Source: Hydrolagus colliei (lineage: Eukaryota). Taken from it: DNA of 64,000 nt. Below, piece by piece: positions 53,022 to 64,000 of the stretch. Both the position numbers and the translations under genes were made by a program. Where the stretch lies: positions 142,042,001 to 142,106,000 of the forward strand of contig CM068742.1 of the NCBI GenBank assembly GCA_035084275.1. Direction: 5' to 3'. The notes under the pieces are model-generated. The model did not search any database, had not been told where the DNA came from, and worked only from the letters and a program-made list of their open reading frames with translations. Every line of letters begins with the position of its first letter. The stretch's first letter is position 1.

Positions 53022-53336
53022 GTGGGGTTCCTGTGGCTTAGTGGTTAGAGCACTGGGGAGACCTGTGTTTGAATCTAGGCAGGTCAGGGCAAAACCTTTG
53101 GCAACTTTCCTTACTCCACACGCCTAATAATAATCCGTCCAAAAAACAACCACAATAATAAAATTGGTCATTTCAATTCACGACTGTTTGTGGGACACTG
53201 CTGTGTGCAATTGGCTGCCGCGATTCGCCCACAAATATACAGTCAATTCACTTTACAGTATATTCATCTGAAGCGCTTTGAGACGTTGATAAGATGTGAA
53301 AAGCGCTATATCAAATGCAAGGATTAATATTAATTA
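53022..53336 (+). mobile_element. SINE family A, near full length
   Basis: Pol III boxes, core and tail all present. Confidence 0.9.
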
Positions 53337-54361
53337 CACGGGAAGTCTTTAATAACAGAAATTATGATGTTTCTTAACAAGTTCAAAATGATAATTACCA
53401 CATTGAATTGGTTACATTACAGTTTTTACTTTGTGACTTCCTATGCCAACAATATAGTTTTATAATAACTTTGATTCAGATGGCATAGAGTACTTTAGTC
53501 CTTCATTGAAAAATTGGCAAACATGACTTCAAGCCTGCAAGATGAAATTGTTTTACTCTTTCCTTCAAATTCTTCGTAACAAACTCTGTAGAAAGATTTG
53601 AGTTGTTTTGACATTATAGGTACTAAACCAATGCTATTTACCCCTACAAAACATACACTCACTACACGCTGCTGTTAATCCTGCGGAACGCTTTGAGACA
53701 TCTAACAGTAAAGACATATATGAAATGCAATACAGTTAATAACAAACATTGGTATCTTAAAACATGGCTCACATAATTTTCAGCCATAACTATTTGAATG
53801 CGTTTTCCTGATATACAAGATAATATTTCTGAGAGGGACACACCCTGTCTTAAATTATCCTCCTCCAGTGATGTGGTCTCATTTTCATTTCACAATAAAT
53901 TGTGGTGAGGAATTGTTACATTGTAGGAAGCAATAGTTTATGAATAAGAAGTTGGAATGATGTGGATCAAACATAGAGTATCAACTTTAATAAATGTTGT
54001 CCACGATTTTAAAATTTGATTACTTTCAGTACTGCCTGACTTACATATGTTTAGTATTAAGGATAATGTGTTGCAGAGTCCTTCATCGTTTAGCAAAGGC
54101 TGGTGAAAATAACTGAAGGGCAAGAGGCCTAATTTAAAGAGACACATCACCCCCCAAAAAATCCAATGTAGATCATCTGATTTCTCTTCCGTCGCCAGCC
54201 TGCCCTTTTGTTCACTGGTGTTTGTTTTACAGATTTCGATTCACAAACACCATCCGTGAACACTGCAAACCAGTAGCTATAATTGATGCAAAGAATCCTG
54301 TTTGTGAATATCATAAAGTAGACCCCATTCCCTTCAACCACATCACTCTTCACACAATAGC

Positions 54362-54650
54362 TGTGGAGTCCTGTAGCTCAGTGTGTAGAGCACTCATCTT
54401 GCAAGCGAGAAACCTGGTTTCAATTCCAGGCAGGACAAAACCTTGAGAAAGTTTCCTCACTCAACGTGCCTGATAATAATCCCTTGAAAAAAAAATCGGT
54501 CATTTCAATCCACAACTGTATGTGGGACTGGCTGTCGCGTTTTGCCCACAAATATACAGTTAATTCACTTTGCAGTATATTCTGTGAAGGGCTTTGAGAG
54601 ATGTAGAAGATGTGATAAGATGCAATATCAAATGCAAGGATTATTATAAT
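54362..54650 (+). mobile_element. SINE family A, full length
   Basis: gtcctgtagctcagtg...gtttcaattcc head, core, tail. Confidence 0.9.
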
Positions 54651-57600
54651 AGCTGAATTAAATCATAATAATATAATAATAATTCTTGCATTTGATATTG
54701 TGCCCATCACGTCTTCTAAACGTAGGTTGTGGAAGCATCTCAAAGAGCTGCACATGACATGCTGTAAAGTGTGGGGAAGTGCGGCAGCCACTTTGCAAAC
54801 TGCAGCTACCCACAAGCAGCCATGGAGTGAGTCAACAATTTTATTTGGGAGATTGTTGGCCAGGACACTGGGAGAAACTATGTTCTCTTTTTGAATAGTG
54901 CCGTGGGATCTTTAAAGTACATTTGGAAAAGCAGATGGGACCTTGGTTTAACAAATTATCTAAAGCATGACGCTTCCAACAGGGCAGTACACCCCAGCCC
55001 TGCATTGTGAAGTGCACTCATATATACATTGAACACATGCACATTTGCTGAAATATCATAAATTAGTGACCACATCTCCAGACATTCTCTCAGTTCCTCA
55101 TGCTCTGTGACTCCACTAACTTCTTCATGTCGATTTTGCTCATTGCCTTGGTCGTTAAAAAAAACTGAAATATTGGAAATATAAATTACACGGAAAGGCA
55201 GATTCCAGCGAAATGATCCTAGAGTTAATGATAATTGCTTGTATCTACTTCAATGGTTAACAGGGATTTTGAATGGCGACACTCTCCCATAATAAGTATG
55301 TGTGCAAAACCAATATAATGATACCAGTGCAGCAATGAAATTGAAAGACAGATACATTGAATCCATTGATTCATATCCCATCTCCCCCAATGTCAGCAAG
55401 TGAGCTTTCATGAATTCTGCCCCCACTCCCTGGAATTCCAACCCCTTCCTTCCCTCACCACTTGCAAAGTTACCCCTCAAATCTTACACGTTCAAAAGCT
55501 GAAACATCATGAATTTCAATTGCACTTTGAGACGTGAAAGACACTATCAAATGTGAGGATTGTAAGGATTATTATTCTACCGTCATGGAAGCAAACACCA
55601 AATACTACATGATTGAAATGGAGAACATGCCTTTTAAATGCACTGAAAGAGGTGATGTTTGTCACCATACCTTTTAAAACCCTGTAATTTCTAGTGGAGT
55701 ATGATATTGTGCTCACTCCCACACCACAGTGTCTCAGTTTGTAGCATTATTGGGTCAGAGGTTATGGTTGAAGGACCACTGTGGGATTTGAGGTCACTTC
55801 TGGGGAAGCACTGTTTTGTTAGAGATCCCGCCATTTAGATGAGATGTTAATCGAGGTCCAGTTGCCTGTTCAAGTGGACAGAATCATATGGCTCATATCA
55901 AAATCCAATTGAAAGTGATTGTATTCAGGCCCACATTAATTGACTGTGCACTTTATTGGATGCTATCAGGACCTTGTGTAAAGTTTTCGAAAACAGTCAC
56001 TTCATTTAGCAGTGCCAGTGAAATGCTTTAAACTATTTCAACCTGATAAGGTACCATACAAATGTACGCTCTTTCTTTCTATAGGTAATTTCATAGTTTG
56101 AGTTTCATCTCAGTCAGGTCAACAGTTATGAAAACATATTTTATAAAAACCTTGACTATCTCCAAATACAGGACTCCACATCCCAGGAAAAATAAAAGAT
56201 CCAAACCAGGATTAAGTAAACTGGATAAAACAGAAGCAAATGTATCTCACAACAGCAGCACTGGTGACTCTAATGAACGCAAACATGGGTTGATGTAACA
56301 AATTGCAGTGATTTATCAAGGTAATATTGACAGGGTCAGACCATCAGAGGCTAAACTTTTATGTAGCAGGCAAGAATGCATACTAATGGATCAATTGTTA
56401 ATGCATTACATGTGTTGCAGTGGAGGAGAAGGTGTGACTGAGGGCAGGCAGGAGCTGAGTCAGTAGCACTGGATTACATCTGAATGAAATCTCCAGCTGC
56501 TTTACAGCTTTCTAATGTGATGCTCTGCCATGCACAACCTAGTAGGATGTTTGACCATATAACCATGCACTCTATTCATGCATTAAATTTTTCTTTATAC
56601 AGTATATCCTTTTCAGTTAGATAACTTTGGCTTTGTACACCTGCTAATTAACCCTTTAGGAGGATTAACCATCTGATGGCATCATTTAATCCTCAGATTG
56701 TTTGATTACTTTGTTTAATTTCAACCCTGTGAACTATACTTTACCAACAGCTTTTCAATGGGGAATGATTTTCATCAACAGCAGGTTATTAACTATAAAT
56801 CACGTCCTTCATCTGAAGAATTAGAGGAAGCAAGGCCTTTTTAGGTCCATTGAAGTTGAAAAATTGCTCTTCGGCAAAGTGGTAGTGCCGTTAGCCTCTC
56901 ACAGCTAGAAAACGTGCTCGCAGTATAAACCGTTTTACCAGACACTGCCTTCAAATCAGAACAAAGACATTTAATTCTAATAATAATAATCCTTACATTG
57001 GACATAGGACATTTCACATCCAGCCGATATTTGAAAGTACTTCACAGAATATACTACAGGGTGCGTATTTTGTAGATGAACGAGACTGCACATAGCAGTG
57101 CCCCACAAACAGCCGTGAAGTGATTGAAACTTGGAGGATTATTAGTTCACATATCTTCCCTATATTTTTGATTTAAGGGATGCGCCTTGTGCTCTCCTGG
57201 TATTCACAAATTATAGCTTGTGTGTCTACATTGGGAGCTGGGTTTGGATTTGGATTGCGTGCCCTGTGAGTGCTGTGTGCATGCCAGCCAGAATTGACGT
57301 CATCCTTCATCTTCATTTCCACTGGAACCACAAAGGCTCGCGGCAACAATACCAATGTCACGCCAGCTCAGTGTCTGCACTTACAATATGAAAGTAACAT
57401 GAAACCAACGTCCAGGTGGTGGGTTTCAATTCCAATGTCATATGTGATGTTGCACTGTGAGGGCTTTCATTACAAATTTTATACAACGTTGGAATTCATA
57501 TAGGCTTGGAGTATCTATTTGAAGACATTCAGCCAAGATAGTTAGGTAAGATCCTTCATAATTATAAATGTCTTTTGATAAGACATTGCTTCCTAAAGTG

Positions 57601-58224
57601 TAGTATAATAATAATAATCCTGGCATTAGGTAGAGTGCCTCATCAGATTAGTGAGACATTTCAAAGTGCTTCACAGGATTTACTGCAAAATGTAGCGACC
57701 ATGTATTTTGTAGGCAATTTGTTTTTACAATGCATCATGATGTTGTTATCAGACATGAATAATGTTAAGGTTGAACCCATATCTATCCTAGTCAAGTGCA
57801 TTGCAAGCTGAACCAGCTGAGACCTAATGTTGGTGAAGGGACATTGTACATAAGTTACTGACAAAGCGTTATAATAATAGCTACTTAATCAGCCAGTTCA
57901 AACTGTAGTTCACTCACCTAACCCAAAACAAAGTTATAAGATAATAGGGTTAACCTTATGGTCCATTCAATGTGATAAACATCACATGATCTGGAAATTC
58001 AACCCCATTGTTGCATCTGCCAAATTGCACAGAGCTTATATGTGGATAACTTTGGCAGTGCTATATTAATTTAATACCACACAAATTATACAAAACATTG
58101 TCTATCTGATTATTTTATCTTAAACTTGTTTTTAACAAAACAATTGCAGTCACGTGAGTGTCTTACAGTTAAATCAATCAAAAAATTGGGAATCGGGAAA
58201 AGTATACTAAGAGCAAAATGAAAT

Positions 58225-58746
58225 AATAATAATCCTATAATAATCCTTGTATGTAATACAGCACTTTTCACATCTTCTAGGCGTCTCAAAGCGCTTCACA
58301 GAATATACTGTAAAGTGAATTGACTGTACATTTGTGGGCGAAATGCAGCAGCCTGCAAAAATTGCGCACAGCAATTTTTGGGGATGGATATTTGATATGG
58401 CATCTTATCATGTTGTTGAAATATCTTAAAGCCCTTCACAGAATATACTGTAAAGTGGAATGACTGTGTAAGCAAAAGATCTAAGTTTGATTCCCAGCAG
58501 GACAAAACCTTGGATACATTTCTTTACTCCACACGCCTGATAATAATTCCTTACGAAAACAAAAACAATAATAAATTGGTCACTTCAAACCACGACTGTT
58601 GTGGGACACTGCTGTGTGCAATTGGCTGCAATGTTTCTCCCACAAATATACAGTCAATTCACTTTACAGTATATTCGGTGAAGAGACGTCTAGAAGACCT
58701 GAAAAGTGCTATATCAAATGCAAGAATTATTATTATCTATTATTAT
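58225..58746. mobile_element. Cluster of SINE A fragments in opposite orientations (- 58225-58470; + 58480-58746)
   Basis: Family A core and tail sequences on both strands. Confidence 0.85.
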
Positions 58747-60159
58747 TTTGTGGATGGAACATGTTAGCCAATTCCACACACCAATGTTCCACAAATAGTC
58801 AATGGATGAGTGAGCATATTTTTTTTGAGTATTGCCATAAGATCCATAACGTCCTTCTGAACATCCTCCATGTCCCCTGATATACCCACTCCACCATCAG
58901 CGGGCGAGCCTTCAGCCACTCTGCCCCCAACCTTTGGAATTCCATCCCAAATAAAACGTACAGCATGTGTCGCAATATGAATTTAAACTGGTTGTTTGTT
59001 TATTGAAACCAGTAGGCCATGAAAGAAGAGAAGTGGATTAGGAAATTAGTTTCCAATGACAAGCCAGCTGCTTGAAAGACAATCCAGTCAAAATCGTCAC
59101 TTTTTATACAGTGTAAATTTAGTGTTAGGTCTGATCTTTCTTGCGGGCCAGGGTTTGAAAGCCCTGTTGAAAAGCAAACCTAAATCTTTCAAACTAATTG
59201 AAAAAGAAATGCCTGTGGTCTTGATTTGCTGAAAATGAAATATTTCCTGTGCAAGTGTTTAAACACGTGTTTGCGTTTTACTCCCTGTGTGTACTTTGTG
59301 AGAAAATCCTAGTGTGGCTACAAAGAACATAATGAGTTTATAAGTATTATAAAGCCACAATATCTGGAGTTACTGTTTCAATTAGACGTAGTGGTCTTGA
59401 ATGTATATAACACAAGAGAATTAGATTCTGATTATATTTTAAAAAACTTGCATTTGATATCGCACCTTTCACATCAGAGGATGTCTCAAACAGGATATAC
59501 TGTAAATTGTGGTGGTTGTGTATTTTGTATTCCAGCTTGGTATTCTAGATTCGTTCTACAGCAACAACAGCAACAACAACTTGCATTTAGGTAAACCCCT
59601 TCATAGGAAGTGTCAGAGCGCTTAACAGTGGCGGAGAAAGGGGAGATGACTGCAGGCATGGTCAGAAGAGAAGTTGTTAAGATGTGATCTAAAGATGGGC
59701 AAGGAGGAGAGGCAAGGCTATTCTTAAAGTATCCACAATTTGGTGAATTTTGAATTCAGTGTTTGAAGCTGGTGGTGTATTATTTCCAAAAACTTACAGA
59801 AAAATGTCCTCAAAACTAAGTCTTTGTTTAACGATTTTCCAAATTCTGATAGCACCAAAATGCTAAGTAAATTGAGTAAATCTCAACACGGCTGTGATTT
59901 TTACCCTATAATACCTTTTTACTATATTATGTTATTAGTATAGTGCTCATCACCTTGAGACATCCTCCTGACATAAAAGGTGCTTTACAAATGTAATTTT
60001 GTTGGTGGTGTTGCTTGCCTGCTTCCCTCAGAGCTTCCATTACAAAGTGCAAGAAAATAAATAGACATAACAGCAAAAGTAGAGAAAATTATTGTGAAGC
60101 AAATGCAAGTGAATTGTAGCAACATTAAACAAATTAGACTAATACCTTCATATAGAATT

Positions 60160-60857
60160 TTTCGCTCACAAATATACAGTCAATTAACTTTTCAAAATAC
60201 TGTATTCAGTTAAGAGCTTTGAGACGTCTAAGATGTGAACAGCGTTATATCAAATGCAAGGATTATTATTATTATTATACAGCATCTCATCATGTTGCTA
60301 AGACGTTACAAAAAGCTTTACAAAATATATTGCAAAGTGGGTTGAATGTACATTTTGTGGGTGGAACACGGCAGCCAATTGCGCACAGCAGTGTCCCACA
60401 AACACTCCTGGATTGAAATGACCAATTTTTTTTTGAGGAATTATTGTTAGGTGTGTAGAGTAAGGAAACTTGCCCAAGGTTTCGCCATGATCTGCCTGGA
60501 TTGAACACAAATCTCACGCTTGTAAGGCGAATGCTCTAACCACTGAGCTACAGGAGCTCCATGTATCATGCATCAAATGCAAGAATTATTACAATATCAT
60601 GTTGAAGGAGAGGAGTGAGATTTTGATCAAATGCAAACAAAGATATTTTAAAAGGTTTTAACAGGATAGGTGAAATTAATATTAAGGTGCAGAATAGAAT
60701 ATTAATAATAATAATAATTATCGCTTTTGATATTATGCTTTTCATGTCTTCTAGACATCTCAAAGCACTTCACAGAATATACAGTAATGTGAATTGACTG
60801 TATATTTGTGGGCGAAGCACAGGAGCCAATTGCGTACAGCAGTGTCCCACAAACAAT
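60160..60857. mobile_element. SINE A cluster (+ 60160-60278; - 60279-60560 full; - 60705-60857)
   Basis: Tail-to-tail pair around an (ATT)n tract; intact tRNA head at 60500-60560 on the minus strand. Confidence 0.85.
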
Positions 60858-62427
60858 CCCGGGAGAGACAGAGTTCCAGTGAATGGGAGCATGGCTGATA
60901 AAAACTTTTGGATGAAGGGATCTGCGAACAAGTGGTAGATCAGACTATATTGGAAAATGAAGACATACGTAGTAACACAGTGTGGAAATCTATCAATAAC
61001 TGTAACATTGCTTTTCCTTCCTGAGGTTGTCGGTGAAGCTCAAGGGTTAATTAAATCTTTTATCGACACATGAGAGTGCAGTGCCCTTATAATGAGGGCA
61101 GCCACTACTGGTTATAGCTTATTCAGGAGAAGTCAACCCAAATCCCACCCCTTCCCAACAAAAGCCCAAACCAGCAGAGGATAAAAGGAATTAAAGGTAA
61201 CCGTCACTGTCATTACCAGTGAATGCAAAGTCAACATAAAATGCCATCTTGAAAGAGAACCTCCTCTATTTATTACTGAACAAACTGTGAAGTAATTGAA
61301 AAGGCATGTCAATCAGAAGTTAAGATGGGAAAACCTCACTGAGATTTCAAGTCAGTTCCCAGGCACCTCTTGAATGCTACTTTTAAGGGAAGTATAATTG
61401 CATTGCATTGAAATTTACTTGGAACATGATGATTATTTCTTCTGAAAAATAATGTGCATCCCAACAGAAGCAACTTTTTAAAACAAAACTGATCCAGTTA
61501 TAAGAAGTCCTTGTTCTGGGCTCTATGCACACATACTGCAGGTCTCCATCACTTACACTGGCTGCACTTTATTCTCACCGTGACTAAATTACCGGTTCCC
61601 TTTCACGAGGACATTCGCTCAGTATTGCCAATATACACATCCGGATAAGGTATCAGCCATTCACACACTCTTACAACAACCTGCCTGTTCATTCAGGGAT
61701 GACTGGAGCTGGCTAGTCATCTGCACAAAGTGGATCATTTCTGCCTTCAGCTTCAAAAAAGCTTCAAAGCGGCTTCCAATATAAAAAAGAACACACAGAT
61801 GTGTACAGAATTTCTGTGGTACTTTTTCTTAAAAAAAACAAATAATTGCAAATAAATATTTCCCCTTCTTTCCTTTGGGAAGCTACAAGGCACCGAGGAG
61901 TAAAATCTTTCTCTGATTTCTCTGCAGAGCCATACCATCGGAAACCTAGGAGATCTTACTATAAATACCTGGGATTTAGGTAGTGATCTAAAACCTAATG
62001 TCTGTGAATTGTGGGAGACACATTTTTTTTTCTGGATTGCTTACCACACCCCACCCCTTTCCCGGCACCCACATTCAATGCAAAGTTAAAATTCTAAACT
62101 TTAGTCTTGATTTGCAAGCCTGTTTTCAAAATAAGAAATTTTAAAAAATGTTGCACAATCTTAACATTTACAACAAGGCTTTTAAAGCTGAAAGAGTTGC
62201 TGGTGAATCTGTATAAAGCATTGTTTAGGCCGCAGCAGGAGTCTTGTGTGTAGCTTTGTGGAGTCATGCTTAAAAAGGTATGAAAGCTGTGGAGAGAATG
62301 CATTACATGTTGACAAGAATGACACTGGAGTTAAACATCTATAGCTACAAGGAGATGTTAGGATTTTTCCTGTTGGACCAGAGAAGGTTGAGGGAGGATT
62401 TGGGAACGCTGAACTCAGGGAAGCTAC

Positions 62428-62711
62428 ATGGTGTCCTGTAGCTCAGTGGTTAGAGCACTTGTCTCGCAAGTGAGAGACCTGGGTTTGATTCCCAGCAGAG
62501 CAAAACCTTGGTCAAGTTTCCTTACTCCACACGGCCGATAATAATCCCTCAAGAAAAAAACAATAATAAATTGATCACTTCAAACCACGACTGTTTGTGG
62601 GACACTGCTGTGCACAATTTGCTGCTGTGTTTCAGCTACAAATATGCAGTCAATTCACCTGACAGTACATTCTGTGAAACGAGAAGACGTGAAAAACACT
62701 ACATCAAATGC
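62428..62711 (+). mobile_element. SINE family A, full length
   Basis: TAGCTCAGTGGTTAGAGC A-box, GGTTTGATTCC B-box, core. Confidence 0.9.
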
Positions 62712-62786
62712 TAACTCTAACCACTAATCTGCAGGACTCCACAGGTTCGATTCCCAGGTAGGGGAAACGTTAGACAAGCTGTTTAC

Positions 62787-63526
62787 CTAAAACTTTCCTT
62801 CCTCCCCCACATCCGCGCCTTGACCGGCACCGCCTATTTCCATCTGCGCAACATTGCCAGGCTCCGCAACTATCTTACCCCCCGCGCTGCCGAAACACTC
62901 GTGCATGCATACATCACCTCACGGCTGGATTACGGAAATTGTCTCCTAATCGGCCTCCCCAGTTCCTCCATTCATAGGCTGCAGGCCATCCAAAACTCTG
63001 CAGCCCGTGTACTATCCCGCACCCGCCTCCGTGACCACATAACCCCCACCCTCGCCCGTCTCCACTGGCTCCCCATCCTCCAGAGGATCGAATTTAAGAT
63101 CCTCGTCCTCACCTACAAGGCCTTGCACGGCCTTGCCCCATCCTACCTAGCCGATCTACTCTCCCCCTACACGCCCACCCGGACCCTCCGTTCAACAGGG
63201 CTTGGCCTGCTCCAAGCCCCCCGCCCGAACCGCCCCACCATCGGAGGCCGGGCCTTCAGTTTCTCTGCTCCCACCTTATGGAATGCCATCCCTCAATCCC
63301 TCCGTTTCGCCTCTTCCCTTTCCTCTTTCAAGGCCGATTTGAAGACTTTCCTCTTCGATCGTGCCTTTTGTTCCACCCCGAACTCTTTTACCTCCCCTTC
63401 GTGTTTCACCCTTTCCCAAACACTCCCCTCCCAGCTCGGGTCACACGCCTCTTGTTTAGCGCCTTGGGACGTCCTCCCGACGTGAAAGGCGCTATATAAA
63501 TGTAAATTGTTGTTGTTGTTGTTGTT
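62787..63526 (+). mobile_element. L2-clade LINE 3' end, young copy, same subfamily as 33138
   Basis: 221 aa ORF closely similar to the one at 33125-33814; stem-loop gcgccttgggacgtc...gacgtgaaaggcgc plus (TTG)n. Confidence 0.95.
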
Positions 63527-63834
63527 ACTGTAGTAAGTTATAGCCTGGTTTTTAGTTGATTGACGGATCGCTTTTCCGGGCGTAATAATCCCTTCAAAAG
63601 TATAGATTAATTTGGTCACTCAATACATGACTGTTTGTAGTACACAGCTGCACACAATTGGCTGCTGTGCTTTGCCCATAAAATGTAGAGCCAATTCACT
63701 TTACAGCATTTTCTGTGAAGTGCTTTGACACATGTCAAAGACATGATAAGGCATTTATCAAATGTAAGGATTATTATTATACAGCATACTTTTATGCCAT
63801 TGAGACAGTAAAGTGTAGTACAGTATGGTTGCTA

Positions 63835-64000
63835 GAGATGGCAATTGGAACATAGTTGATTGGGGGCATTTAAAAAAGGATTGGACAAGCACAGGAAGAG
63901 GAAAGGTATTAATTAGATGGTACAGGGAAAACCAGCGAATAGGGATTAAATGGATAGCTTCTTGGAGGAGTAATCACTGACATAAAACAAGCTGCATTGG
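63835..64000 (+). mobile_element. Degraded CR1 3' fragment (runs off window)
   Basis: gcatttaaaaaaggattggacaagcac...tacagggaaaa...gggatt resembles the CR1 ORF2 end. Confidence 0.55.

Larger units (their letters stand above)
26467..64000 (+). other. FGF10: FGF10 intron 1 (continues beyond window)
   Basis: GTAAGT donor at 26467. No ILEITSV-like exon 2 peptide recognised downstream. FGF10 intron 1 is known to be very long in vertebrates. Confidence 0.8.

Noticed and set aside
54222-54446. Cryptic coding exon or FGF10 exon 2 after TTTTACAG
   Set aside because: No FGF similarity; the frame runs into a SINE.
59140-59165. hAT-like terminus (gcgggccagggtttgaaagccctg)
   Set aside because: No matching opposite end or 8 bp TSD found.
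62430-62495. tRNA genes at SINE heads (also ~1180, 28820, 35690, 54365, 60500)
   Set aside because: A/B boxes are followed by SINE body and tail; no complete cloverleaf evident.
1-64000. CRISPR arrays, operons, rRNA
   Set aside because: Eukaryotic intron-containing locus; recurring motifs are dispersed SINE/LINE tails, not regularly spaced repeats.

Overview
Vertebrate genomic DNA, not prokaryotic. The repeat landscape (Deu-domain SINEs resembling SacSINE1, abundant L2 and CR1 LINEs) and the FGF10 sequence suggest a cartilaginous fish, possibly a holocephalan; this is inference. The only host gene is FGF10 on the + strand. Its first coding exon (26178-26466, phase-1 GT donor) sits in a ~3.5 kb island free of interspersed repeats that probably holds the promoter and 5'UTR. 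About 25 kb of upstream DNA and ~37.5 kb of intron 1 fill the rest, and I could not find exons 2-3. Most of the ORF track is LINE debris or chance ORFs. Repeats include 5'-truncated L2 and CR1 LINEs, a young tRNA-head SINE sharing its 3' stem-loop with L2, older SacSINE1-like SINEs, a Tigger/pogo-like non-autonomous element and several nested insertions. Most notable: (1) a ~235 bp fold-back element with 100 bp arms (96% identical) and a degenerate Penelope-type hammerhead ribozyme core on each strand, inserted into a SINE with a 16 bp duplication; (2) an out-of-frame uORF overlapping the FGF10 start codon, plus a possible small 5'UTR intron; (3) local inverted and templated duplications with template-switch signatures. 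All family names come from recall, not database searches, and repeat boundaries are approximate.
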